Assembly (NCBI GenBank): GCA_964304625.1
Contig: OZ199838.1
Span: 1,186,958 to 1,250,957, forward strand
DNA from: Kudoa neothunni
Taxonomy: Eukaryota > Animalia > Cnidaria
Direction: 5' to 3'
Length of the DNA: 64,000 nucleotides
In this document: one piece after another, positions 13,346-26,500 of the stretch
Layout: every line of letters starts with the position of its first letter
Numbering within the stretch: the stretch's first letter is position 1
Program-made: the position numbers and the translations under genes
Notes under the pieces: model-generated
What the model was told of the DNA's origin: nothing
Seen by the model: the letters and a program-made list of their open reading frames with translations, nothing else
Database searches by the model: none

Positions 13346-14479
13346 GTGACGGCCCGTACGCACCTTCCATGATTTAATGGCTTACACGATACTGTTACTA
13401 ATTAAAATCATTGGAATAATAACATAACAATTATAATGAATTATTAAAACCTTAGTTTTTGTTTTAATTCGCTGTAAATAAGAATTAGCTCAAGTTTACG
13501 ACTCGAGGACACTTTAAGATAACTAAACAGCTTCGTTCTTTGAAAGATAAAGTGGATATAATGGCATTTTATGAAAGAATATCGAATATAAAAAACAGAA
13601 AAACTAAAATTCTCAATTATTTAACTGAAATCTCTATACTCTTTAAATAAGATTTTGGCTAATAACGAATCCATTATGAAGTCTCATAATGGAATGAAAA
13701 TTATAAATAACCACAAAACATTTAAAAAATTTATTATTTCTATGAATGATACTCTAATGTATTTGAGAAAAATGTACTAATTTTTCAGAGAACGTATTTA
13801 TCAAATGTTATCTACGGTCTTAAATCTAGAAACGTCGATTTACTATTCAACAATGTCAGAGCTTTACCAATAAAATATTGATAACTTTTTCAAAGCAAAA
13901 TCCAACTAATAAGTACGATAAGAACTTTTAGTTATATTTTATTGAGTATATTAAATTTATTTTGATTACTAACTCTTATTCCTACTTCTCTTGAGTACAG
14001 AAAATAATTTATTTGTTACTTAACACTTCCTTAAGGTATAATGATTCATTATGTTTTCTGCATGTTTTTATTTAAAATCGTCCAAACCTTATGATTAAAA
14101 TAAAAAATAATTTTGATTGTAATAAAATTGGATATGTGAATTGCATGTATTATTTTTTTTAATTTTTTTGACAGAAATCATCGGTAATATCATCACGTTG
14201 TCTAAATGGTTTATTTCTACAAATTAAAGTCAAGGATCGACTAGATTAATCGCATTTAATCTTTACATGGTTGCTATAAGAAAATTTTATTTTATTAATA
14301 TACTTTTGGATATAAATGCAAACATTGTGATAAACAAGAGAGACTGAATTGCAAGATACCATATTAACATTTTGCTTTGTTCGCGTGTGTCATGACGGAT
14401 CGTGGGCACCTCGAACCCAATTCCCATTTTAGTGTCCTCGACCCCTCAACTACTGTATTTGAAACGTCGAGGCTTTCTT

Positions 14480-15060
14480 TGCGGATTATTTATATTGTGG
14501 TTGATGCCATCATCCAAATATGGCCTATGAAGCTTTACATCAGCATTTGGATATATATCAACAAATTCAACAATATTAAAATTAAAACCCATTGTTGGGA
14601 ACATAATGATTTTAAAATTAGGCGAAGAACCCAGTGAAATTGGGGGAGACAAAATAATCTTCCAAATTGATAGAACCGCCTTCTCAAAAAGGAAATATGG
14701 TGTAGAACAACTTTTAAAGGGTCCGTAAGATTAAATAATAGGTGGAGTTGATGAAGAAGTAGATTCTTTAAAACTAAAAAATTTCACACAGGTAAGTTCT
14801 CGAAAATATTATTTTAGATAATGTCAACTTGGGCTCGACCTTACGGACGGACGATTGGCGTGGTTACAACAATTTAAATATTTGAGATTAATTCACGGAA
14901 CATTTATCCATTAAATACAGTTAGTTCCTCTCGTCATATGTTATACAATTCGTATAGAATATACTTGAGGAACATTAAAGCAAAAGTACCAGCATTCCAT
15001 TTATAAAATATCCTAGAATCTAGGCAACTATATATCTGACTAATTGTTTAAAATAAAATA
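14480..15060 (+). pseudogene. Merlin (IS1595/ISXO2-like) DDE transposase remnant
   Basis: Plus-strand pieces LGGDKIIFQIDRTAFSKRKYG, IIGGVDEE and NVNLGSTLRTDDWRGYNNL match the Merlin motifs VxIDExxFxKRKY and TDxWRGYxxL. Multiple stops. Confidence 0.8.
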
Positions 15061-16251
15061 TTAAAAAAAGAATTGAGCACCCTCTCTAAATATATAATGA
15101 ATATACTTACAAATTAAAAATATATCCGATTGTTCCGAGCGCGCAAAAACTTCATCGGAAGATTACACACATACTGTAACTTAGCCAAAAAATATTTCTT
15201 GATTTTTAACTTCAGGCCATTTTAAATTAAGCAATGGCTATTACCACGGATTCGTGTAATTAGGGGTTAAGATCAATTAGGTTTTTGATAAATCCGAAAA
15301 TCCAAAATCGATTTTGAAAATTTATTTTTTAATTAATATAAATTAGCTTTTATTATTAATGGATACAGTCTTAAATAAGTAAACGCGTTTTTAAAATAGT
15401 AAAAGGACAAAAGATATTTTGGAATGACGTGTTTTTTTACAGCGAACAAATTTTGTATTTAGTATTATAGGAATTGTATCTGGTATTTGGAGGTGTTTTG
15501 TTAGGCTTTCTAATAAAAGAGCAAAATGCAATAAATGTGACTTCATTTTCACCAATACAATTGAGGATTTCTCACGTATTGACGGAACCATTTCAGAAAT
15601 TTTAAAAATGAAATTTATAAACGATGCTTAGAATTACACACCATTTGGTCCGATATATTTATGTTTCTAAGATTCGATTCAAACACTTGTATAAATAATA
15701 TTTTCTAGAAAAGAATGTAAATTTGGAGCTAGAAGACGCAGTTAATTTCATTGAACTGAATGATCAAATCCAAACTTATGAACCTTCCGATTCTGAGATA
15801 ATTTAGACAATTTGATAAATTACATGTCCAGGCCTAACAGAACAAAATATTGTTTGCATTTAGTGAAATTACAACTTGTATTAATCAAGGTGTGATGTCG
15901 GATCATTTAGAAAGGGTTTCATAAAACCCCTTCTAATGTTAGACCTACGAGTATTGACTCAGACAGATGTTTCACCTTATACAACCGTGTTATCTCCCCG
16001 TAGAGAACAAAATTGAGCGACTCGAAACTTGAAACCATTGAGTATTGATTTTATTTATGAAAATAGAAATAATTAAATTGAAATTTGATACATGAAATCT
16101 TTTATTATGTGTTTGAAACCATTTTATCGTAAAAGATTAATAATCGTTTTTAAATGCAGTAAAAATAATTTTAAATAATAAAATTTCAAACAATCACATT
16201 TTTACATACTTTTTGCATGAAAAAAATACGACATTGACAATAAAGTATTTA

Positions 16252-16486
16252 AGGTTGGTGCAGAGCCACGAAATTTTTAAATGAACGACGGGGTTGATAC
16301 TTTCCTTCACAGAAATGATCATAATTTAAATTACGCTAATCCAAACTGTTAAAGTATTGTGCTTGAAACTTTTTAGTTATTTTGCTTCTATGGGTTAATT
16401 CAAAAATTCAATTTATTTTTTTAATGTTATTACAAAACGTCTCTATGCGAAATCCTCCCCAAGCAAGACTGGGCAGTTCCCGCTAG
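16252..16486 (+). mobile_element. Non-autonomous Helitron family B, 3' part (copy 1)
   Basis: Homologous to 62210-62448 (e.g. CCTTCACAGAAATGATCATAATTT in both). Ends in hairpin CCCAAGCAAGACTGGG followed by CTAG|T. Confidence 0.7.
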
Positions 16487-16687
16487 TGTCATTATAACGA
16501 CGTGATTATCTAGAGGTTGATCGTCATAAAAGTAGTCGATTTCTGTTTGAATCGCTTTAAACCTTAGAAATTTTCTAACTTCGATTTACTTGTTCTTTAC
16601 GCAAAGAATCAGTAATCTTTAATTAAGCTTTTATATTTTACTCTATGTATTTTAAATGATTTATTCGTAGTGATAGATAACTTAGAG

Positions 16688-18681
16688 CAGTGGTTCTTAA
16701 CCTTTTGGAAGTCACCGAATTCCTACTACCCTCTAACACGCCACGTCGAACCTCCCCACCCAAACATTAAATTTTTTATTTTTTAAATTTGAAATAAAAT
16801 GAATTATAATTTAATAAATGTTTGGCACATCATCAAAATTGCAAAATGCAAAAATCAAATTAATATAAAACTAATTAGTGCTATTTTTGTTCTTGTTTTT
16901 TTGCAACCAATTCTGTAATACGAGACAAAATGTTGGAGAGAGCAATTCGCATATCGCTCCCACAGAAAAACCTATTTCGTAACATATTTATGGTGACCGG
17001 TCTTAAAAATGATTGTTCGCAAAGGTAAGTTGTTATGGGAGGAATAAAAAATTTCCAAAGCCTTCATCAAAATTGTAGGATATTTCTCAATTTGATTTAT
17101 CCAAAAGATTGATGGTGAAACTTTTTCGAAAATTTGTTTTTGAATTTTGTTGTGTTGAAGTTTGATAAGTTCATCAAGGTATTCATTATTGGCATCCTCA
17201 GCTGAAGTATCGAAGCTAAACGGCTACCTCATCCAATCGGAGAATGAATTTTTAGAAGGGGAATAGCCGTCAGTGAGTTAGAAAGTTCTTCTAAATGTGC
17301 AATAATTATTTCCTTCAATTCAAAAGGTAGAATGATCAAATCGTTGTTATCGCCGTCATTAATATTACAAATATTGTCTAAAAGTGGAAAGTTTTCATAA
17401 TTGTCAACTATTATTCTACGTTTGTATAAAAATAATTTTATTTGGAATGCACTAAGATGCTCCTCTGCCTCAATGATCTTGACTCTACTTCCTTGCATCT
17501 GCTAATTCAAACAATTTATGGAATCAAAAATATCAATCATGTATGCCGAAAGAAGAGTAAATTCTAAATTATAGAAAAAATATTGAAATATTGAGCATGG
17601 TAATGGTTACACTCCATCAAAAATATACCTATTTCCATGAAAGTCCATTACCTTTGAAAAACTCATCGACAACTTCCTTAGCATCCAATGCCTTGGCAGT
17701 TGTTGTTGTTGTTAAAAGTTTGCTAAAGAGAAAATCTTCAACTATCAAACCATTTTTCAAATATCTAAAAAACGAAACCAGTTGATTTAGGTTTGAAATA
17801 TCAGTAGTTTCATCGAATTGTAAACTAGACTTTGTTATACTTGAAATTAGATCAGAAATTAATTGATACAGAATGTCTTTACTCATATCATCAATTCTTT
17901 TCTTAACGGTATAATTCGACAAAGGAATTTGTGCTAATTTTTTTCTGCAATACTTCCCAATAAAATATTTTCCATCTTCAACGCGGCAGGTTCAACGAGC
18001 GTTTCACCAATATTGTGAGATTTACCTTGTATTCCAATGAGATATGAAACTTCATATGTTGCTGTTAAGATAGGCTTATCAATTTTAACAAATCAAAAAT
18101 TTTGCAAAGTAGTTCTTTCATCATACCTTGCTCTCTTTGTTTCAAGTTCGGAAAGAGTCATATTCCTATATACAGAATCTCCATGGACATTTGTGAAACT
18201 CCCCTTTAGTTTTGTTAGTACCAAACTAGAATTACTTAATTTCGAGTTGCATATCACGCAAAGAGGTCGTTGAATACCATTAATTTCCGTAACATAGGTA
18301 AACCTGAACTGCACAAAATCATTTAAACATTTTCTTTTTTTGTGAAAAATTTCACGAGCCAATATTTATTTCCAGTAACCCTCATAAAATTAGCAAGCAA
18401 ATAACACTGCTGTGCAGTAGACTCTGTAACCCGTTACACGTGATTGTACTGATCAGATAAATCGAAAAGAATTTCAAACGCTCAAATAATAATTGTAACT
18501 AAATTATCAATAATTTTTTAATCGATCACTATTATCTTTTTAATATAATTTCTAATTCGAATTATAAATACAACCTATAGAAGGTTTTTTTTAATATTAA
18601 AATTATAAAGAATATTAATCCTAGATTTGATCTAATATTGGGAATTTTTTCATCGAACGCAGCCCAGGTTAAGAACCACTG
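16688..18681 (-). mobile_element. hAT transposon (Buster/Charlie, ZBED5/SCAND3-like transposase), decayed and internally deleted
   Basis: Perfect 16-bp TIRs CAGTGGTTCTTAACCT / AGGTTAAGAACCACTG. Degenerate 8-bp TSD ACTTAGAG / ACCCAGAG. Transposase fragments include BED-like RPLCVIC, the catalytic segment SLQFDETTDISNLNQL, and a C-terminal TYLCEQSF dimerisation motif near 17000-17035. Confidence 0.93.
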
Positions 18682-19036
18682 ACCCAGAGTTTCAATTCAT
18701 GAAGCATTGGAAAAGAGTGTAACTAAGTAACATTACAACAAAACATGCCACAACTTTTAGTTGTATTGATATCTCCAAAAAATTTGATGCTCCAAAAATC
18801 AAGCAAATGATATTATATTGGTTGTTAAGGAGAAACGCAAAAATAGATTACCAACAAGCATATTTTTAAATGCAAAAATCACACACTTTAACATTATCAA
18901 TCTACTAAATAATTTGTTTGAAATTTGTCAGTGTTCAAATAGTGTTATGTGATAATTTATATATAAAATTTAAGATGTAAGAACTTGATTTATTAAATTT
19001 TAATGATTTTAATATAAAAATGTAAAATGATATTAC

Positions 19037-20505
19037 TCATTCACTATTTGGATTATCCACTACAGTAACTTGGTCCCCATTATTATAATGGTTATTACAG
19101 ATCGCCATGCATTCATTACTTGTTTTAAAATTGTTAGAGTTCCCATCATATCCCTTGTAATAAAAAGCTTTGCATCTCTTTTTAAGGTTTTCATAATAGT
19201 ATCTTATGACTTTAAATTTGTTTTGTTCGTTTTCCCAATAACCCTTTTTATTTTGAACACATGCCTCTTCGATCACAATCTTCTTTTTATAATTCTCTAA
19301 ATTTATTCAGAATTAAAAATAATTTTTAACACAATATAACTATTAGACATATTTATAATGTAATTTTCTAACATGAATTCATACAATTACCTGCTCCGCA
19401 ATAGCTATGACACATTTCCATAGTTGGAAAATTGTTTTTCGCTGGATCAAAGTCAGCTCCCGTTTGGTTCGGACCAGTTTCCATTCGTTTACAAACTTTT
19501 TCCGTTTTGTCATAGTAGTATCGGAACACAACATCCCCATTTGCCGGGGAATCTGGGTTGTTTATACCAACTTGAGATGGGCCAATATCGCATGCAGCTA
19601 CTCTCTTGTTATACTGGGTTACACCACTACCTGTCGCATCATTTGCGTGTGCTAAAATATATAAGGAATGGATATAAATTATAAACGTACGAAAACATTT
19701 TTTAACACACTGCCCAAACGAACCGAAGATCCCCCTTGTGTTTGAGTCTAATGAGACTGCTGCATAAGCACACTTGTTTTTCTCTCGATCAGCAATAATT
19801 GCTGTGCTAGGATCTTTGTCTTTAACATCAGGTCTAAGTTTGCAGTCCAATGTATTTGGTACTTCGTAAATTGAAGTTGCATCAACATTTTTTATTTTGC
19901 CATCATCAGCATTTGTAAGCCCACCATTCCTTTTATCTAAAAAAATTATTTAATTCTATATAAATGTTCATATTTTTTACTTAAGCAATATAATTTGCAT
20001 TCTTCTAGATCGTTGTAACGATTAAAACTCCCCCCACATCCATTATATTGAAACTCTACGCAGTCGGCTTTCGTTTGATCAAAGTAGTACTGTTGTGTTG
20101 TTTCTGTGTTTTTTACGCAGTGTCCTGGATGATAGGGTTTTTTGCATCCTTGAATTTTTTCTTTTGTTGTCAACGTTCCTACAAGAGTTGGTCATAAATT
20201 TACATTAATTTCGAAAAACACCGTGGAAGTTCACATAATCCTTTAGAGGCGAAATTGTTGTAGTTTCCTTTTATTCCTCGGTATTCGAGAGGTTTGCATT
20301 TACCATCTTGGATGTCAATGAACCACCGATCGATGACAGTGTCCATGCTTTTTTGTACACCGACAGGCCAATCTCCCTCATCTCTTTCATAAGAGGGTAA
20401 TATAGGATCTAACATATTATCAAAATGGGATGAATATGTTTATTTACCTGTCAAAAAACTGGGAAAATATAGCACAAAAAGTATATTGAATAAAAACAGT
20501 TTCAT
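19037..20505 (-). CDS. Secreted multi-Kunitz (BPTI-fold) protein, five domains
   Basis: Signal peptide MKLFLFNILFVLYFPSFLTG from ATG 20505. Kunitz signatures in successive exons include one canonical 6-Cys domain (CKKPYHPGHC...YYFD...C.EFQYNGCGGSFNRY...C...C) and RYYY/RWF...C...NNF...C...C repeats. GT-AG introns; TGA at 19037. Confidence 0.9.
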
Positions 20506-22105
20506 TTTATGACGGACAATCAGAATAACAGAATTGAGACGAAGATGGATTATCAAAAGCACAAAAAATTAACTCAATAATTCATTGGATAAATACGATT
20601 ATATCAAGTTAAATTATCATTATTGAGCAAACAAAAAGAAATTAATATGAATAATTTACTAAATAGTTAGCCAAACATGCAATATTTTATATTAACAATA
20701 AGACAGAGGCGATAAAATTGAATGATTGTCCTTATAGTGATTTCACTTTAATCTTTTCGTAAATGTATAGCCAATGAATGATAATAAAATGTTCCGCATA
20801 TTTTAACATTGCAAAACATCACTCGACAAAAAAAACGTCTTCAAGTGCTTCGATCACGTTACTTCTGCTATGCTAAGCCTGTCGAATATACAATAAATTC
20901 TCATACTTCATACGGCATGGCGAGTTTTCGCCAGCGACGCGCAAACTTGCATTGTTTTTCAATGTTGCCAACCGTGTCCGACTTCGGACAAATTAGCAAA
21001 AAATGTCCAATTTTTTCCAATGTGTCCTATTTGTTCGATTTTTACTCTTGTTCTTAGAAAGACTGTATAATCGCAAAACAAAGTTTCAAAGATTCGGAGT
21101 TTTTGCAATGGAAATGACTATTGGTCCGGCAGATTAACGTCGCATGTTATTTAAATTTACTTTAAATTGATGTAAAATTACATTTAATATTTTAAACAGC
21201 ATCTTAACGACAAGTATATCTATTAATTAAGTTTAATTAAAGAGAATACTCAGAAACCTATTTAGACACGGATAGAATCGAGATTTTCGTTATTAGACAT
21301 GTGAAAAATGACACTCTTACATAAACTAACATATTTATGAATTATTGGATTAATAAGGCTTAAGTTTTCTAAAGAAATATTTATATCATATTTAAATATT
21401 CCAATGACTTAACTATACGTTTTATTTACCCTTAAAATACATAAAAAAATAATAATGCTGAGCTATATTTGATTCTATTTATAATAATTAATAATTATTT
21501 ACATCAGTTTGATAATTTATTGATATTCAATTTCGAGAGATTGATTCATACTAATAAGTTAGTTTACATAATGCATAACAAACAAAAGTTCATTTAGTTA
21601 AGCGGTAAGACAATTGGACAAAATTTATCTCCAAATATTATTCAAATTATGGTTGCTTTTGAATAAATTAAACTTTTGACGCTATTTCGAATGAGTAAGT
21701 GAATATCTCCGTCCGAGTTCGAAAAAATATTAATTATATTGATATATTCTTAAACATGAAACTTATTTAATGTTGATTATATATGACATCACAATCAGCG
21801 CAATCATGATTTTGAATATATAACATCATTATAGAAACTGATTAAGATAATAGAATTTAATTTTTAAAACGAAGCTCTAAACAAATCAACCTTACAATAG
21901 CCAATGTTGCTTACAAAAGAAATAGTGCTTATTTGATTATTCGCGTAATTAAAATATAACTAACTGTTGTATTATTTGAAGTTTAATTATGTTCATCAGA
22001 TATCCCAGATGATTTTTCACCATTATTGTATTTTTCTCTATAATTAGAACAAATAGTTATACAGGGATTCCGTTTTACTCTTGTTGTCTTTCGTTTATAG
22101 GACAA

Positions 22106-22802
22106 CTAGCGCAAAAGCCCCGCATCGCTTGGACATTCTTGCCCGGTCAAGTAAGCTAAAGCCTTGAGTAGGCCAAGGTTATTTGAAGCTCAAAATAAAT
22201 TAAAAGTATTTAGATAAACAGTACAAAGATTACCCAATTAACGGATGATTTATTTAATTAATTGGACGCATGAACCTTATTTAAAATTGTTAAAAACGAA
22301 TAAACTCTACTTTTCGTTTAAAATTTCCTCCTTAGAACTCCTAAAAATCGATTTTTTCCTTGTTGTTTGCAGTAATCTCTGTATCATAACATGTGAAACG
22401 GACTGATCATGTTAAACATCAACAAATGAATTTCATATTAATACTTGACTACATAACCTAATAATAGCTTCCTTACTTGAACTAATTCAATTACAAAATT
22501 ACTTTTCAATAATTTAAAATAAAATAAACATTATGGTGCGTTTAAAATTAACTTTTAAAACTTTAACGAAATGATCTACATGTTTTCATAAATCCTCAAA
22601 CCATATCTATCAATCATATCACGTGAATATGTTTTTGTCATTTTGCAGAATGCAAACTTTTTATAATTTTTTGCTTAGTTTTCTGTATAAAAATAAAATT
22701 TTATCTTTCCATATGTGTGCTCAAATAGAGCGATATGTCTCCCTATATAGAATGAAAAATGCGTATATACACATGGATTTCCGGTTTGCTTTATATAGTG
22801 GA
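22106..22802 (-). mobile_element. Non-autonomous Helitron family A (copy 1)
   Basis: Minus strand begins A|TCCACTATATAAAG and ends with hairpin CCAAGCGATGCGGGG followed by CTAG|T. Colinear homology to 38127-38553. Confidence 0.8.
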
Positions 22803-23524
22803 TGTTTATCTTGTTTTAAATTATGATTAAGAAATTGTTCATTTAAATATCGATAACAATCAATAAAATAAATAATATAAATACATAAAAAAAATATATA
22901 TTCTCAATTGTTACATAATTATATAATTTAATAGAGATAATAATTGCAAAGAAATTGATTCCCGTGATAATAGCCGGTGCCTTAAAATTAAAATTTAATA
23001 TTTTATAAATTAAAAAAACTATATAATTTTCGTTTTATATGTTAAGAAAAAAAAATATTAAATTGAAAATGTGAATTATTTTTTAGGAAGATTCATCAAA
23101 TGGCTATTGTTTACCAGACTCAATTGAGACTTCATTGCGTACGAGCTGTATATAATACACTTTCAGGAGAGATTCCGATTACGTAGAATCCTTACGTTAC
23201 GTATTAAGCATACTTGGTTGTACAATTTTTTCACGGACATCTAGTAACTGTCACCCTCAGTGGGGAAACCCTGATGTAGACAAACATTACCATTATATGT
23301 AGGTAAAAGATAGATAAGAGATTAAAATAGACTGGTGCTGAGTAACACGCGGCCGAATAACACCATTGAGTGAAACAAAATAAAGAGACGTGGAAAAAAA
23401 CTATATTTATTAATCATGAAAATATATAATAACATCATTTATAATATTGTTTAGATGGAACCTCTATTTTGACCGGTAGGACACAATCGATCGTATATTA
23501 TAGTGTTTATAATGGATAAGAATC

Positions 23525-26500
23525 TTAGTAGGCGAATCTAGTTCGGATTTCTTCTAACTTTTTGGATATCTAATCATAACATGTTGATGAATTCGGTAAT
23601 TTAAAAAAAGTAGATTACCTCAGCCGGAGTTCTATCTAATTCATCAGCAATGGTACATCTTTTTTCACTGTCTAGATTGTTGAAAAACTCGCAGAGATCT
23701 CCATCAATAACATTCTTGACAGGCCAATAAGAAGAGCGATAGGAGAGATGCTCACGTCCGCAGAGCGGCTGAGCTTCTTGTCTCATGTACATTTCGAGAA
23801 GTTGGAAAAATTCGACATCCTCTTTCGACCATAACGGCACAAACAAACCGATAGATCCAGAAAGAGTGGTGTAAACGACCGACTCACCACCACCAGGTAT
23901 GAGACTAGTTTTCTGTAGAGAATGGATAATTTCTCCCACATAGAAATTGCATATATTTTCGAGTTTTTGTGGTGCACCATTCAGATGGCCTTTATCCCAC
24001 ACTGATTTTACTCCGGTAGGATCCTCTTCAAGGTCGTCTTTAACGTCCGATGCCAATCGACTCTAAAAAAGACAATCAGATTATTTCAAAGATTCCACCA
24101 CTTACAACAGAGATATTTCCAAATTTATCAGCCCCCATTATTGTATTCCAATCAAGAACACAACTTTTGGTTAGCCATCTACAAAGAAAACATCAATACT
24201 AACTAACTAAAAACTTCATTCAAATCTACCTAGGATAGGTGTCATCGGCAAAGATAACAAATTTATTTTCTTGTGGTTTATATTTTAGATAATGGAATGA
24301 TTCTTGAACATCCTGAACAATAATACGATTTCCCAAAACAGTTATATTGGTGATAAAACCAGGGATTTTCTAATAGTACAATTGATTTTAATTTGATAGT
24401 TATTTGAGATTCGGTATATTACTCGATGTTCGCATTTTTTAAGTAATTTCTGACGACCCATATCATACACTCGTAAATAGTTACCTATGCCGATGATAAG
24501 ACGTCCCTGATAACAAGCTATAGCTCCTGGCACATTCTCAATGGGGGTCTATTATACAACCGATGTGATTTAATAATTTTATCAATCATACCTTATGACA
24601 ATGGTGTAACACGAGTGTACGTGATGATTTGTCAATTGTGACTTTAAATGTGTGCAAATAACCCATATTGCATTGCCTCGGAGTTAGTATGAGTTTCTTA
24701 GCGGTACCAACGACAATAAATGTTTCATTGCTGTAGGTTGGAAATTTGGCCAGTGTAACGCTATTGTAGAGTGATAGTCAAAATGTGATCGATATAGAGA
24801 CTATATAGCAGCCTCACAGCCGGTGATAAAATACCTCATGGCGGCTTCGTCTTGATCAAATTCGTGTATGAAATTGGTTTCGAAAGTGAGTGGGTCTAAA
24901 ACTCGAACCAAAGACGCCCATGAACCAACTCCAGCTTTGGTAGATACAGCACTGTGAGAATTCAGGAATTGATCGATAGTTTCTTCGGTTATCTCAGAGT
25001 CAGGTTGAGACTGCATAAATTCGCGCATTTCCTACATCAATATTTCAACCACTGCACAATCCCAATAGCGACCGTACTTGAGCCATTGATTGTTTAATTT
25101 CGCCAAGTTCTCTCGACGTGAAATTGTTGTGGTCGGTTTCGATTATTATAAATTTAGCAGAGTTGGGCTCGTACACCATTTTTCTCGGTGTGTATTTTAA
25201 TGGGCATCCACGATATTCAAAAACGCTACCAAGTTTATCGACGGAGACAATATGAAGATTGCAACCCTTGACCGCAACAATTCCCTCTGGGCATTGATCA
25301 GAGGAGAAGCTGGTGGCAAATTCAAGTGTTTCAAACGAAAGAGGGGTTAAATGGAATCGATTTTGATATTGATAACTCAGCCAGTTGCGGCTCGAAATAG
25401 CCAAAACCTTATAAAGAAATACATAATATCCATAATATACATAATAATTTGTTTTAGATCCTCAATCAAAGGGTACGTATTCAGGATGAAACGTTTGCAG
25501 ATTCTAGATTAGCTAACTGCAAATGTTCAATAGGATATGCAATTTCCTGTGCATAAAGATATAGATAAAGAGGAATGCGAAAAAGTATTATCAACAAATT
25601 ATTTATCTGGTTATTCTACGAAAAATTATTAAAGTCAATATTTAGGTTTAAAATAATTCAAAAAATTCTGCGTATAATAATATAACAATATTCAAGCAAA
25701 TAACACTTATTCTGAAGTCTTAATTATCATGGGTAACGATTTTGAATAAAATTCTTCTACCTAAGGATTATTTGATATTATAACGGATACATAGAAATTT
25801 AAGAGATTCTGAAGATTTTCTCAAATTACTACTTGAAACTTGAATATTTGGAAGAATATAATTTCTAAAATCACGTTCATGTCCCCTTTTTTAATTCTTG
25901 TAATTAATTTCATGATCATGAAAAACTCAGTTTATATTACTACTTAAATTGCATAAAAACCCATATTCTAACTAAAATAATTCCGAATTTTTTTAGTTAG
26001 AATAAAAAAAATTGGCTTTTAAATATTCATAACTCGTGCAAATTTTAAGCGTCATGTAAAATTAATTGATGAGATAGGCTAACTCTATTAGACACGAACA
26101 AATATATTCCCTAATTAAAAATATGGCGTACATTCATCCATCTCTCCGCAATCAAACATTGCAGTATTCAACGAAAGAGAAGCAAATACGTCATATCAAG
26201 ATAAAAAATTTCTTGCGCAGTTAACCGTTTGTAAAATGACAATTTAAATATTGACTGAGAAAAGAAAAATACATTTTATCAGGAAAATAGAGTGCAACAA
26301 TTGTACGCCATGATTGAATAAATTTCAAACAGAAAATTGTTTGAAATTATAAAATATAAAAAATATTTGTGCAGAATTTCTGCGCAAACCCAACCAATAT
26401 TTTACGACTGGGGATGGTGGTTATTAGAATTCGACCTTGGAAACAATCTTTAATCACATCTAAGCATGCGTGAACATATTTTAAATTTTAAATCCTGATT

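Noticed and set aside
14183-15245. Merlin TIR pair GGTAATA.../...TATTACC
   Set aside because: Only 7 bp exact plus patchy similarity and no TSD; boundaries are not supportable.
23240-23310. Hammerhead ribozyme or snRNA in a GC-richer patch downstream of SF3B3
   Set aside because: CTGATG is not followed by the required A/GA core, GAAA is in an unsupported arrangement, and no snRNA signature was recognised.
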